DNA from: Selaginella moellendorffii
Taxonomy: Eukaryota; Plantae; Lycopodiophyta
Direction of reading: 5' to 3'
DNA length: 64,000 bases
Assembly: GCF_000143415.4 (NCBI RefSeq)
Contig: NW_003314355.1
Coordinates: 639,410-703,409, forward strand
In this document: positions 27,414-40,772 of the stretch, in pieces
How positions within the stretch are numbered: the stretch's first letter is position 1
How the letters are laid out: each line of letters opens with the position of its first letter
The notes under the pieces: model-generated
Seen by the model: the letters and a program-made list of their open reading frames with translations, nothing else
Databases searched by the model: none
What the model was told of the DNA's origin: nothing
Made by a program: the position numbers and the translations under genes

Positions 27414-30400
27414 ATGAAGGCGAGGAAGAAGGCGGGCGTTGGGGCGAGCGCGAGCGCCAAGGGCGTGCTGCGCGTCACGGAGTCGGGCAATGGCAAGCAG
27501 ATGAGCGTGGTGGTGGATGTGGGGCAGCATCCCACGCGCATCCGGAGGTTTGATGGGGATGATCTTGGTTGTGGCGATGCGGCGTGGTTCGCCGCCAGCA
27601 CCGATGCCGTGCCCACATTCAAGAAATTCCTCCTCCGCGAGGACACGGGCGCGTCGTCGCGACTGGATAGGGTACCATCCGATAATCGGACCAGGTCTTA
27701 CATTTGCCTCCGCCAAAACAGGTGGACGGGTCTTCGATTCGCCGTGATCATGTCCAGGCTCGCGAATGGGCAGCTGAGGGCCATGTCGTTCCATCCCCGG
27801 AGATTGCCCAAGCAGCAACGGGATCGGTCTAGGAGTAGCAGCAGCGCGGGCGACGAGGAATTGGTGAAGAGGGCGGTCTTGTTTGCGAGGAGCGCTGCGT
27901 TTTGCCAGTGGCGGGAGCAGCAGCAGCAGCAGCAGCTGCAGCTGGCGATGGAGGGCATGCCATCGTCGCAGCAGCACGAGCTTGATGCCGAGCGGGGCCT
28001 CAAGCACCCGAGCGCGCTGGTGGGATTTGACAAAGGGGACAAGGTGGATTGCAGGTGTGGGAAGAACCGTAGCAGAGGTCAAATGGTGACTTGTGAGGTG
28101 TGTTCCACTCGGGAACATCTGGAGTGTCTGGACTCCAGCTCGCAGGTGTGGTCTCTTCTCCCTCCTCGGATTATAGCTTTTAGAAAACAGGATGCTACAA
28201 GAGGTCCTTTGCACAGCTCAAGGACGCTAAAACAGATGTTTGATCTCTCTTGCAGATAGCAGCGGATTACATCTGCTCCGCCTGCCTGAGGGCGCAGAAA
28301 GAGGAGGTTTTTGTCATCAGTATGGATGAACAGGTTAGTTTCGAGGCATGCACGTCAGATGAGTGGGGAAAAACACACAGGATAGATATATTGACAGGGA
28401 AAAGTGGCTTCCTTCGTGTGCACAGAAGCTGGAGTTATTTCGTGCCGTCGTCTTTGCCTGAGACTTGCCTTTGGAAAAAGCTGATTTGCTTTTTGTGCTC
28501 CCTCTTGAGAGAGATGGATGGGTGGATGGATGGATGATAGAGATGTTGCCTGTGCGTTCTTGAGCAGGGATTCCAGATGTTCGCATCAGTCCTAGGGGAA
28601 AAGCATTATAATCACTCGATGCTCAGACAGGTTTTTGTTGCAGGAGGAGGGTAGGGTACTACTAAATTCAGGAGATTCTTGGACTAACACGCCAAAGGCG
28701 AGGGACACAGGAGATGAGTCCGTTTGTTCCCTTTGTGGCTGCGAAGACAATGAAGATTTCGAAACCATGGTACGTGGTGGTAACTCTCAGGATAGAAACC
28801 ACTCGGAGGAAATCTAGTGCATAGTCGTTTCAGAGGTCTCACAGGGGGCATGCAGGCTTGGCAGTCGGTGTAGAAAAGTTGTAGGAAGCAGATATTTGTC
28901 GCGCGGAATTTTTGGGACAGAAGCATTTACAGCTATGGTTTTTCTGTGCAGATACAGCCATGTACATGTGATAATGCTGCAGTCTCTGCTCATCCTAGCT
29001 GTGTCTCGCTAGCACTGGAGGTTTTGACGCAGAAAGATCGAAGTAAGCAGCCGCACACATGCCACGCCTGTGGCTCTGCCAAGCCTCCTGCATCCAAGCG
29101 TTCGTCAAAACGAGCCCCTGCTACGGACACCAGTTCTACGAAGTGCGTCAAGAGATTGCGTAGTGCGCTGGCGCATCCAGGGAAGACTGAAGCCGATGAA
29201 GGCGTACACACAGGAAAATCTCACGAGGCACAGGAAAAAGCAGACGTTGAAGCAAGGAAGGTATGGCTTGTGTTCATACTGTCTATTCTCTCTGACTTGT
29301 GCATATTCCAGCCTGAAGCCAGTCTTTTGGGAGGTCGTTTTAGTAATGCGGCCTCCACTGTTCCAATAAAAAAGCGGAGGATACAGATTATGGATTCTGT
29401 GCGGTCTCCATCGCCACCATCCAGGTCTCCATCTCCGTCGATAAAGGTGAACAGGGACGAGTTTTCAGGGAGCAGATATGGGAAGCTGGAGTCGGACAAA
29501 GTGGTGGACGAAAGACTACCAAAGTGCACTCAGAACAAAGTCGAAGAAGAAGAAGAGCCGGGGCTTCACGATTATGATCTGGTGAAGGATGAAGATTACG
29601 AGCGTATGGATCATTTTAGAAGGGATATTGATGGAGATGAAGACGGCGGCATGAGGAAGGATGTTGACAGTGGTGACTCTCATGGCAAACGCTCTCACTG
29701 GGACTTGAATAAAGGCATGGATGCCTGGGAACGTCCGTGTGAAGATGGACCTGATTACTGCATCGACGCAGGTGCTGAGAAGTCTCAAGAGATAGTTTCT
29801 GGGAACATCACAGAGCATGCTACGTCCGATACAGATGAAGCCGCAACCAAAGACAGGACAACCGAGGAGTTGTGTGCGACAAGCATGCAGAGCACTGAAG
29901 AGAAAAATGAAGCTGATAATGCCAGAGACGAAGGTCAAGCCCAGGGGGACACTGCCGATTATCAAGCATCTCCGGAACAGGAACAGGAGCCTGACTCTTT
30001 TCCGTCACCGGCTAAGGGTAGTAGTGATCAAACTCAGGCCGAGGCAGTCGAGGATATAAACGGTGACACCAAGGATGATGATCCAAAGACCTTTGAAGAC
30101 TCCGGGGTGAAAAGGACCGGTGAAGCTGAGGACAAAGAAGTCTTTCAAGAGGATGACACGTTCGAAGAGGAAGAAGAACCCGAGTCAGATAAAGTGCGAG
30201 TGGAGGTCGAGGAGGCTGAGAAAGTGGAGGAGGGTCAAATAACTGCTGAGGACTGGGCAGAAGAGGCCTGTGAAGCCGAGCACGTTGATTATGATGACTC
30301 TGAGGAAGGAGATGAGCCGGTGGAAACAGTGGATGAAAAGGTGGCGCGAGCGGAAGGGGATTCCGAGGGTGAACAAGGAGAGATTCACGAGCTCGAAGCC

Positions 30401-31922
30401 AAACGTGAATCTGACAACGAGAACAAAGAAGGTCCTTCGTCGGGTGATTACAAAAGCGGTGAAGGTCAGCCTACCGCTAGCGGCGACGAAGAGTCCAAAC
30501 CAGAGAAGAATGTTGGCGCGACGCGGCGGGTAAAGGCTTCTGGATGGGATCAGCTTCCTGAAGGCTTCGACACAGCAGAAGAAGCTTTACGTGCTTCCAA
30601 GGAGCTTTTCAGGCGTGGTGTGAGGCCAAATGCCTGGACTGGCAATCGCTTACGACCCCCAGCAGGCTCCCGAGTGTCGCAGTTTGAAAGCTACGATAGG
30701 TTTAGACACGAGGATCCAGCGTGGAGTAGGCACGACCATCACGATCAGAGGTAAGCCGACCCATTCTTGCCTCTGGAAACTCTACTCAAGCTTTGTTACT
30801 CTTTGCAGGAACGAGATGTACGATTCGGACAGGTTCTACTCTCGCGATTTTGGACGTGGTAGAAGTCGGGGTGGTCCGAGCTCTCCACTCGTACCTCGAA
30901 GAGCGGAACCATGGATGAATGGTTCCGTGGTTCCGCCGGGACAGTGGGGTCCAAAGCACCACCTTTCTCCGCCAGCTCGTTTCTCCGAGGGTGGCGGCGG
31001 GTTTGGTCCCCACGGCCAAGCTAACGCCGCCGCCGTGGCCGCTGCAAAGGTGGAGAGTAGCGGCTTCGTTGTAGCACCGGACGGCACCATCACCAAGGCC
31101 GGTAGTCCAGGAGCGGCGGTGGTCCGGGGTGGTGGCGGAAGAGCATTTCCAGCAGCAGGACGGAATCCTCCTCCCTTGATCCTGAATCCCACTCGAGCAG
31201 CGGACCCGGAAGCCATGGCTCCTCCAGGGAGAGGCATCGGTTTGAGTCCGGTGCTGAGAGTCGGCCCCGGGATGGGAATGGTGGGAGTAAGCCCCGGCTT
31301 GCGAAGCAGTCGTGGGGTGTTTGACAGGAGCTACGGTGGTGGTCACGGTTTGGAGGGTCCGGCAATGAGAGCAGCGCCGGATGGTCGAGGTGGTGGCTAC
31401 GTTGGTGAGCCGCATCCGGAGAGATGGGATCACCGCAGGGAGAGGAGCCCGAGCATCCGTCGGCGATCGAGATCGAGGTCCAGGAGTGACTCGCCTCGGA
31501 AGAGTCTGAGGCACCACAGCCGGTCTCCTCCTCCGGGGTACGCGAGCTCGGCGAGAGAGATGTCTCCGGCGTCGTCGGTTCCAAAGCTTCCGCTGCCGCC
31601 ACCACCCCCGCGAGGCCAGAGGTCGCCACCCGCGGGGCTCAAGCGCTTGAGTGATCGAAGAGACGAGCGGAGGTTTTTCGAGATGGAGTACCACCATCAC
31701 CAGCAGCAGCAGCAGCATTGCCTGGAGTCGCAGCGAGAGCCTCGAACTTCGGGGTGGGATCTTGGGCCTGGCGACGTTGGGCGGATCTCGTCGGGGAGAT
31801 TTGACGTCGAGTTAGAGAGGAATCACGATAGGCGGAGGAGGGACAGAGGGTTTTCGAGTAGCAGGCCTGGTAGAGATGGCGAGGAGGAAGTGGCTCCCAG
31901 GAGGAGACGACCACCTTCGTGA
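27414..31922 (+). CDS. Large multi-exon protein: PHD-finger-like Cys/His motifs, acidic region and RS/Gly-Pro-rich C-terminus
   Basis: CRCGKN...MVTCEVCSTREHLECL..YICSAC; CSLCGC...HPSC...CHAC; PIKKRR..RSPSPP; WDLNKGMDAWE; RRRSRSRSRS. Exon structure partly uncertain; could be two genes. Confidence 0.6.
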
Positions 31923-31970
31923 AAGGGACGAAGACGAAGAACACACTTATTCCCTGGATATGCTTTTGAT

Positions 31971-31978
31971 AAACCCTA
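31971..31978 (+). promoter_or_regulatory. Telo-box (AAACCCTA) just upstream of PYRB
   Basis: Exact AAACCCTA ending 13 bp before the ATG at 31991. Confidence 0.4.
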
Positions 31979-31990
31979 AACCCTTGGGCG

Positions 31991-33331
31991 ATGGAGGTAG
32001 CTCTAGCGCCGCGCCAGGGATTGTCGCCTCAGTGGAATGTGGATGATCTGCATCCGCGGCGGCGGCGATGGCAGCAGCGCGTGGATTGTCGCGTTGGATT
32101 CTCCGGGGCCGCGAATGCGAGCGGCGGTGTGATGCTAGGGCGGAAGTTCGAGGTGGAGCACGTCCTCGAGGCGCAGCAATTCGACCGGGAGCTGCTGGAG
32201 GGGATCTTTGGCGTGGCCAAGGAGATGGAGGCGATCGTGGAGGGGAGATCCGGCGGCGGCTCCACGATGCTCAAGGGATATCTCATGGCGACGCTGTTTT
32301 ACGAGCCATCGACGAGGACGAGGCTGTCGTTTGAGTCGGCCATGAAGCGCCTGGGTGGAGAAGTGCTCACCACGGAGAATGCTCGCGAGTTCTCGTCGGC
32401 TGCCAAAGGGGAGACGCTCGAAGGTGAGGTTTGGTTCTCTCTCTTCATTGTTTTTCTTCGATCTCGGAAGCTCAAAGATGTCTATCAGACACGATCAGGA
32501 CGGTGGAAGGCTACTCGGATATAATCGTGATGAGACACTTTGAGAGTGGAGCTGCCAAGCAAGCTGCCGCTGTGTCGAGCATCCCAGTGATCAATGCTGG
32601 CGATGGACCTGGGCAGCATCCCACGCAGGTAGCTCAAAGGCCTTCCTTCCTTCGTTGGATCGAGTAAGGAAAAACGCTTGGATCTTTGGCAGGCACTGTT
32701 AGATGTTTACACGATTCAGAGAGAGACCGGGCGGCTCGACGGGATCAAAGTCGGGCTCGTTGGAGACCTTGCCAACGGAAGAACTGTTCGATCTCTGGCC
32801 TACTTGCTCGCCAAGTACGATGGTGTCAAGTTCTACTTCGTCTCTCCAGACGTGGTGAAGATGAAGGTATGAGGAGACGAAGAAGAAGTTCCATGAGTTT
32901 TCTGACGAGCTCTTTGCTTCTTGTGTCAAGGATGATATCAAAGAGTATCTTACCTCCAAGAACATAGAGTGGGAAGAGTCGAAGGATCTCATGGAAGTGG
33001 CATCCAAATGCGATGTCATTTACCAGACGCGCATTCAACGCGAGAGATTTGGCGACAAGATCGAGCTCTACAACCAGGCCCGTGGAAAATACATTGTGGA
33101 CCGCAAAGTAGTGGATGTGCTTCAAAGCCATGCCGTTGTTTTGCATCCTCTTCCCAGGCTTGACGAGGTATCTGTCTCACACACATTTGTTTCGTTGTCT
33201 TATTTGGTTTCGTGTGTGCGCAGATTACCACAGAAGTAGATGTCGATCCAAGAGCTGCGTATTTTAGACAGGCCAAAAATGGTCTTTTCATTCGTATGGC
33301 TTTGCTGAAGTTGCTATTGCTTGGGTGGTGA
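31991..33331 (+). CDS. PYRB: Aspartate carbamoyltransferase, plastid-targeted, multi-exon
   Basis: [71 protein letters not shown]; TGA at 33329-33331. Confidence 0.95.
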
Positions 33332-34139
33332 TTGAAACTAAGTTCATAAATGATAAAACACTCGCCAAACGCGATTGTGGAACGGAAGAAGCAAGACTTT
33401 GGAAACCATGGTCCCTTCATCCTGGATAGCGTGTGCCTCTTCCCGTTCTTGCTGGCCAGGCTCACGGAACTGCTCCACTCTCTTTTCAATCTTTACGCAG
33501 CAGCTGCGCCGGAATTGTCATCTTCCACAAGCATATAGTCCTGGATCAGCTGCAGAAACTCGGGGCACTCTTCGAAGCTCTGGTATGGAGCGGCGAGCTT
33601 GTCGACCACTAATCGGAGGATCCATTTCTCATCACTGTTTAGCTTCTCAAGGACATTCTTTTTAGCTTGCGGCGGGCGTCCATGGCGTGGGAACATGCAG
33701 CCACCGCATCCAGTTGTTTGGGAATTTGTCCATCGATACACGATCCTGTGTGTTCATCCAAACTGATTCAACGCTTACTTGGATGGACGGTGCGAACCTG
33801 TGAAGCATATCAGGACTCCACAAAGAAAGTTCGGGCATCCAAGTCGATGACGTAGATGAAATTGACGTCGATCTTGATATCCAGCTACGGCCGCTCCATC
33901 GTCGGTTCGTGATTGACACAAAAACGCCCAGCTCCAAAGCAACAGAATTTAGATTGGCAGGCTCGTGATGTGCAGCTGACAAACAAGTGGTGTCAACCAA
34001 ATGGTTATTTCGAGTTAAGAGGAACGCAGCGAATCAGGTTGTTTGGTTTAAACCCAGGTATGTGGCCCGTGGATTTACACAAATCCCGTACTGGTGTTAT
34101 GGCTGCTCCTCTGCAACTGTAAACTGTTGCAATTGAAAC

Positions 34140-35060
34140 CAGACTTATCTTATGGAAGAGACTTGGTCAGTATATCAGCTAGCTGCCTCATGGTTGAGCA
34201 AACTTGGAGAACAAGCTCCTGGACATAGTGATAGCGTAGCTGTCTTTTGGTCATGGATGTTGTTGGAAATGGTTGAAGACTAAAGGTTAAGCTCCATAGG
34301 GTGGAAACAGGAGTACAGTCGTGCATATTAAACCATTTGAGAATTTCATCACCTATGGAACTGGTCCCATATAATATTAAGACCAAGACAGAACTTAATG
34401 TCACCGAGATTGTCCATCTCAAATTGAGAAAAAAATCTGTTCTTTGATATTTTGTAGAAAAGCAAGACAGTTTGTGACGAAATCAATACGTTTCTGATTA
34501 GCAGCATTTCTGAAAAATCCAATAGAGTTGAGAAATTTGTCCAACCAAGCTTTAGGAGATTATTTGAGACCATATAAAGCTTTCTTGAGGTGACAAACTG
34601 CTTCTGATAACCCTTTGATTTCTGGATAAAGATTTCTTCATTGAGATCTTCATACAGGAACGCTGTAGATGTACCTCAAGATCATATTGATGCTAAAGCA
34701 AGCATATGTACCACAGGTGAGTACGTCTCAGTAAAATCTAAGCCATTGTGTAAATCTGCAGGATATACCTGAACCAAACGACCTGATTAGTACTTAAAAT
34801 AGCCATTTGGTTTGTCTGTCAGCTGCCTTTCAAACTAGCATCCAAGTGTAAAGAGTGATTGATACTTGGAGTCTATTATGGCTTGCCACTCTGCAGCAAG
34901 AGGACCTGTGAGCACCTGAGGAAGCTCTGGTAACTCAGGTGGTGGTAGAGGTGGTGGATTGATTGGAGGCTGCCTTGCTTCTTGTGGTGCTCCCTCTGAA
35001 GCTGAGCATACCTATGGAGTCATTCCTTGTAATCTTGTTATTTGTACTTGCCCAGATTAG
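34140..35060 (-). mobile_element. Decayed Ty1/copia RT-RNase H remnant
   Basis: DFTETYSPVV, QFEMDNLGDIKFCLGLNI and RQLADILTKSLP motifs with stops and frameshifts. Confidence 0.7.
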
Positions 35061-35244
35061 TTTTGTCTTCTCCCAGGGTTGTGGGTGATGTGGCATTTAA
35101 AGTGTGATATGGAGATGAATGAATATTCATGATTCTAGATTCCCTAGGAATCATGAGAGAAAAATATAACACAAATAGAGATTTTAGAAGAAACCAATAA
35201 GTTATATAAAAGAAGGCATTAAAGATCTAAAAGAAATTAACAAG

Positions 35245-38200
35245 TGTGAGTGCATGGGAATATATAAAATATGCATATCAATTAACTCAAAAACCTTAGT
35301 TTATACATAAGAGCAAGTGGTCTGGATTGAAACCCAACAGTTACCAAAATCCCACTATACTAATATTAATATATGGCATCGTAACTGTAAACTTGGACCC
35401 CTCCTCTTGGAATAATGGAAGACCATTAGGGTTTTCTTGTAGATGGGCCGGGATTTGGAGGAAAATTAGGAGGAGGCATTGGTAAATTTGTAAGTAGTAT
35501 TAGTTGTTCTTAATCCCTTTGTATGATGTCACAATTTTTGGAGGATTGGTTTGTTAGACATCATGCCAAACCTCATAAATTTGTGGTCCAACTTGCCGCA
35601 ACACTTGATATGGTCCTTTCAACTGCCCTTTAGATAAACCACGTACTATAAAATGGGGAAAACTGACTAACACCAAATCATCCACTTTATACTTTGCAAG
35701 TGGATAATGATGGCAGTTGTAATGCCATTGTTGTCCCACTTATACACAGCCCAAGTGTTCGGTAGACTTTGCTTGAGCAAGTGAAAGAATGCTTGTCAAA
35801 TATTGATCCCATGACTTAGTATCGGCAACTCGTGATAATTACAAAGGTAAACCCAACTCCATTAATAATATTGGATCATGACTATATAAGAGTTTATGTG
35901 ATAAAGCACCAACAAAACTCTACACCCTTGTGACATATGCATACCAAAGAAATGACAAATAACCATCCCAATCCGAATAATTCACGTACTTCGCAATCAT
36001 CCTTTTGAATGTTCGAACGAGCCATTCCACTAAATTATTTGTTTGTGGATGATAAGCACTCATGAAAGTGTGTTATATCCCCAACTGAGAAGTCAAAATA
36101 TGAAATGCCTCAGCCATAAATGCGAGACCATTATCCGAAAGAATCCACTCTGGACAAGAATGCTAGAACACCATTGATTGAAGAAGGAGTATCCAACAGC
36201 AATTTCAAAGGTGCTAGCAAGAGCAACAATTTCCACCCAATGAGTTAAGTAGTCAGAAGCAATAATAACATACTCATTGCCAACAGTTGATCGTGGAAAA
36301 AGTTCTATAAGATCAAATACCACTAACTCAAACAAATGAGAAATTACAATTGACTCTAATCGTCCTTCAATAGCACAAGGGGGAGTACTACGAACTTGGC
36401 ACCAAACACAACTACGCATAAAATAAAGAAAGCCGTCTTCAAAGTGATATTGAGAATGTAAATGTCAGAATGGTAAGTCATTAGCAAGTGATGTAGGATT
36501 CTCAAACCCATCTCGAAGCTTTCGAATCCATGGCTCAATTTTTTGAGCTTTGCAAACTTCATCAAGACAAGGTAAATTTTGCTCTACACCTTGTAAACAT
36601 TAAATGTCAAATACAGCAACTACTAATAGCACAGAATCCTCATCTAGAAATTCTATAGATGCTGGAATAATAGGCTCGTCAAAAATATTAGAAGAGAGTG
36701 AAAAAGGAAGAAGAGCTTGAGAAAGGGCATCAACATCAGCTATAGAACTCCCTGGGCGATAAACAATATCAAAATCATATATCTGAAATTTCAAATCCCA
36801 CCAAGTAGTACAACCAACTAGATTATTCCACTTCAATAATGAACGGCAACATGATCACCTTCCAGTAATGTTTGAGAACTATGTAAATATGCATGAAGTT
36901 TCTCGAAACCTCAGATTGTTACTAAACACTCCTTCTTTGTCGTGGAATAGTTCACCTCTGTTAGTTGTAATGTACAGCTTATATATGTAACAGATGGCAC
37001 TGACTAGGCACACTTAGCCTCTTTTGCATCAACACACCTTTAAGACCAATATCAGAAGTATTTATGTGCAAAATGAAATGTTGAATGTAATTAGAATATA
37101 CCAAAACTAAAAGAGTTGTTAATAGCTCCTTGAGATCCATGAAATCCCACTCACAGTCTTCAGACTAAATGAAAGATGATGTTGATAATTTCAGCAACAC
37201 TCACAATAGTGCAATGTGATCAGAAAGATGATCTATAAAATGACCAAGATATTACACTTTACCCAGGAAGTGTTCTACATCATTCACACACTTCAGAGTA
37301 GGGAACTTTAGAATAGTCACAAGTTTGCCATTTTTGGATCAACTTGCAAAACCTCACAAGAAATATAGTACCCAAGATAAGTTGTGTCCTTGGAACCAAA
37401 CACGCACTTTGACCGCTTCAACTTTAAACTAACTTCCCATAGTTGATCTAACACTTTACAAATATCGGACGTGTTCCTCCCATATCCCTTTCGAGTGGAT
37501 TAAGACATCATTGATGAAGTTATTAGTCACCTTCAACATATCATAAAGAACCTCATCCATCATTTGTTGGAAAGTTTCAAGAGCATTGTTTAAACCAAAT
37601 GGCATCACCAAAAACTCATACAAACCAAATGGTGTACGAAAAGCTTTCTTAGGAATATCTTCTTTGCATATCGGTACTTGCCAATATCTAGAAGCAAGAT
37701 TTAGCTTGGTGAACCAATGACTTCTCCCCAGACGATCCAAGAGATCAGTAATGTGGGGAAGAAGGTACACATTCGGGATCGTCCCTTCATTTAACGGATG
37801 ATAGTCAATGTAGAAACGAATACTTCCATCAAGCTTCATCACAAGATGAGGTTCATATGCTCAAGGACCTTGCAACTTTCAAATAACACTTTTTTCCAAC
37901 ATCTTCTTGATGTTTGTACGTAAAATCTTGATCTCTTTGGGTGACCGATGACAAATAGGAACCTTGATTGGATGAGCATCCCCAGTTGGAATCGAATGAC
38001 ATGTGACAATCTTGGCCCCAGACAATACGTCAAATTCAAAAAGATCGGCATACTCCTTCATAAGCTAGTCAACTGTTGCAACACAAATACCATTAGAAGG
38101 ATCAAAAAAGGGAAGAGCGAAACAAGACAAAAACATAGAAGGAAGTAATAGAGAGACAAAAGTAATGGAAGTAGAGGTAGAAACAGAGGGATGAAGAGGT

Positions 38201-39965
38201 ACGAAAGTGAGAGGAATGGATGAAATATAAAGAAGTATGAGATAAAGGGGAGAAACCTCAAAGTCACACTTTGCATGATTGTGCTGTAATTAATTTATAC
38301 CAAGGATGAGGTCAAAAACTTGACTCGGCACCACCTGCAATAACTGCAACTTAAGTTCAAGATCGCCCATATGCACAACTAAGTCTACCTCATCTTGTGC
38401 ATATGCATGTGTATAGCCGTTGCCATAAAGAATGAAAACTGGCTTTGCCATACGACATAAATGTGAATGGCAACATGTGGCAATAGGTCGAGCAATAGAA
38501 CATAAACTTGAATCTATATCAACCAACATAAAAAGAATGACAGGAAACCCTTTATTATAAAAACGAGTTTGGAAAGTAAACACTTGATGAACTTGTGCCA
38601 AATGAACTCCTTGATAATACTCTCGAAAGAAAGATAGAGGCGTCACTAACTTATTTGCGTAAGATCCCTCCGTTACTCGTATGACTCTTTGTTTCTTGGA
38701 TGCATCTCAGTGTCCAGACCTCTATTGCAGTAGCACCAATAGGACGTTGTTGACACCAAAGTCTCCATCCAAGGAATGAAGGCCACCAATCCGAAAAACG
38801 TTGACAATGCCAATAAGTGTGACCAACTTTATCATATGCTCAATAATGATCACAACCATGACCATGTCCTCACCCTTGTCCTTGAACTCGAGCAGCAGTA
38901 ACATCAACCTCCATTGGAATAGGACCATCTCTCACAGGAAGTGGAACTAAAGTACGTGCAGCAAGAAGTGGAAGAGGCAATGTCTCATAATGTTATGCTA
39001 AGTGAAGGGCATCGTCAAGGGTGGCTTGAGCAAGTGCATGCATAAGTCCTTGAAGTGCTGGCCACAACATTCCCAACTTAATCTGCTCCAACATATTTGG
39101 CTCCGCACGAAGCAAGAGGTTTTGGAAACGAATACCAAATTGCATCACCGACTTAGATGGCCTTTAACAAAGATGATGCAATTGTTGGAAGGTAGCATCA
39201 CAATCGTCAATATATTTAAATGTGCATTTGAAGACATCCGAGAGAATACTCCAATCCTTACAAGTGGTTGCTCTTAAACCATTGTACCATTGTAGTGCCA
39301 TCCCTTGGAGATATATGGGAAATTCACATAAACATCAAGCATCATCCCAAGAATGATATATAACAATTATCATGAAGTGATCAAATCAATAGTACACATC
39401 ATCCCCAAGATTTCCATAAAAGAACTTCAGCCGAATATGAGGATTGGCATCAAGAGTAGAAGGAGTTATACCATATGCCATAAATGCCACCATTAATTGA
39501 GTTTGGTTATTCAACTGCAATCATATAGCATTGAGCAATTGCACTAACTGTTGCTCTAGAGTCAAAAGGGGAGGAGATTGCTACTTTGCTATCAAGATGA
39601 ATGAAAAGAAAAGAGCAAAAGAAAATAAATGAAAAAAAAAACTAGAAGGAAAGAGAGATCTAGACCATGTAAAAGCTAAATCTAAATTAAAATCCCAAAA
39701 GGAAAGAACAAAAAAAAGGAAATGGAAAAAACTAAATCTTAATATGCAAAAGCTAAATCTAAACCAAAATCCCAAATCCACAATTAAAGTTGCCCCTCAA
39801 CTCCACTAATGTGAGTGCATGGAATATGGAAAGGGAATATAGAAAATATGTATATCAATTAACCCAAAAACCTTAAGTTATATACAAGAGCGAGTGGTCC
39901 AGATTGAAACCAATCTGATGGCTACCAAAATCCCACTATGCTAATATTAGTATATGGTGTACTCT
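35245..39965 (-). mobile_element. Old, degenerate Ty3/gypsy LTR retrotransposon with short (~150 bp) LTRs
   Basis: Diverged direct repeats starting TGTGAGTGCATGG at 35245 and 39810. PBS-like TAGTGGAGTTGAGGGG at 39793-39808 (minus) and PPT-like AAGAGGAGGGG near 35400. Order gag-protease (LVDIDSS)-RT (37456-38060, [17 protein letters not shown])-RNase H-integrase (36090-36560, GPY near 35610). Many stops. Confidence 0.85.
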
Positions 39966-40772
39966 TAGTTATATAAAAGAATGAAAAAAAGCTTTTGAAA
40001 TGTCTAAATATGTTTAACAACATTTAAAAGTGTTTCTAAAGTGATCTTAATAAACAGTAATAGTGAACCACCGACATTGGACCAATCAAGACAAGTTCAA
40101 TTATTCCCCCTTCCTTGAGCAATACAAGGAACCAACTCCTCTTTTGATGTACAGTGTCCAAGTCAACATCCCTAGACTACCTTTTCATATCCATTGCTTG
40201 CTTTTCAATTTTGCACTTAATTTGCTTCATGGGTTTTTTTTTCAACGAATGACTTAGCAAAGAAATTTCAAGTTCAAGTTACAACTGTCCAATCACTAGG
40301 GAGACATTGGCATGCTAGACAAGTCCAATGATATCCCTATTATTCAGCTTGAGCTTCTTCATATCAAAGAAAGCATCTGCAAAATAATCCATGTTAGAAA
40401 GGAAATTCTTTCCTTAGTAGTTCTGACAAACAAGTTCCAGCAGTTGAGTTATGGATTGCTTACATATCCAGTGCCAGAAAAATGTGCTCTACATAGAGGT
40501 GGAGACTGTGGAACATATTATGCATATGTGTCCAGCATTCAAACACATCCCAGAGCACCTCCATTTACAACAACAAGGGTCATGATTGACTACACTAACC
40601 ACCCCAAGCCAAAGAAGTGGCAATCTTCCTCATGGAGATCATCGCATATCCAGCTCCTTCAGTCTGCCCTAGCTCTCCCAGAGCCGCTGGCCGTGGCCGC
40701 TGGTCATGGACAGGATCAAAATCCCTTGCTCGGGGGGCAATGCCCCTAGATCCACACAAAACAAGAGATCCG

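Noticed and set aside
27396-31718. Long antisense ORFs (272 aa and 310 aa) over the PHD/RS gene
   Set aside because: Expected shadow frames of GC-rich coding sequence; no recognisable motifs.
33340-33900. Minus-strand ORF fragments after PYRB
   Set aside because: Interrupted by stops and frameshifts and unassignable.
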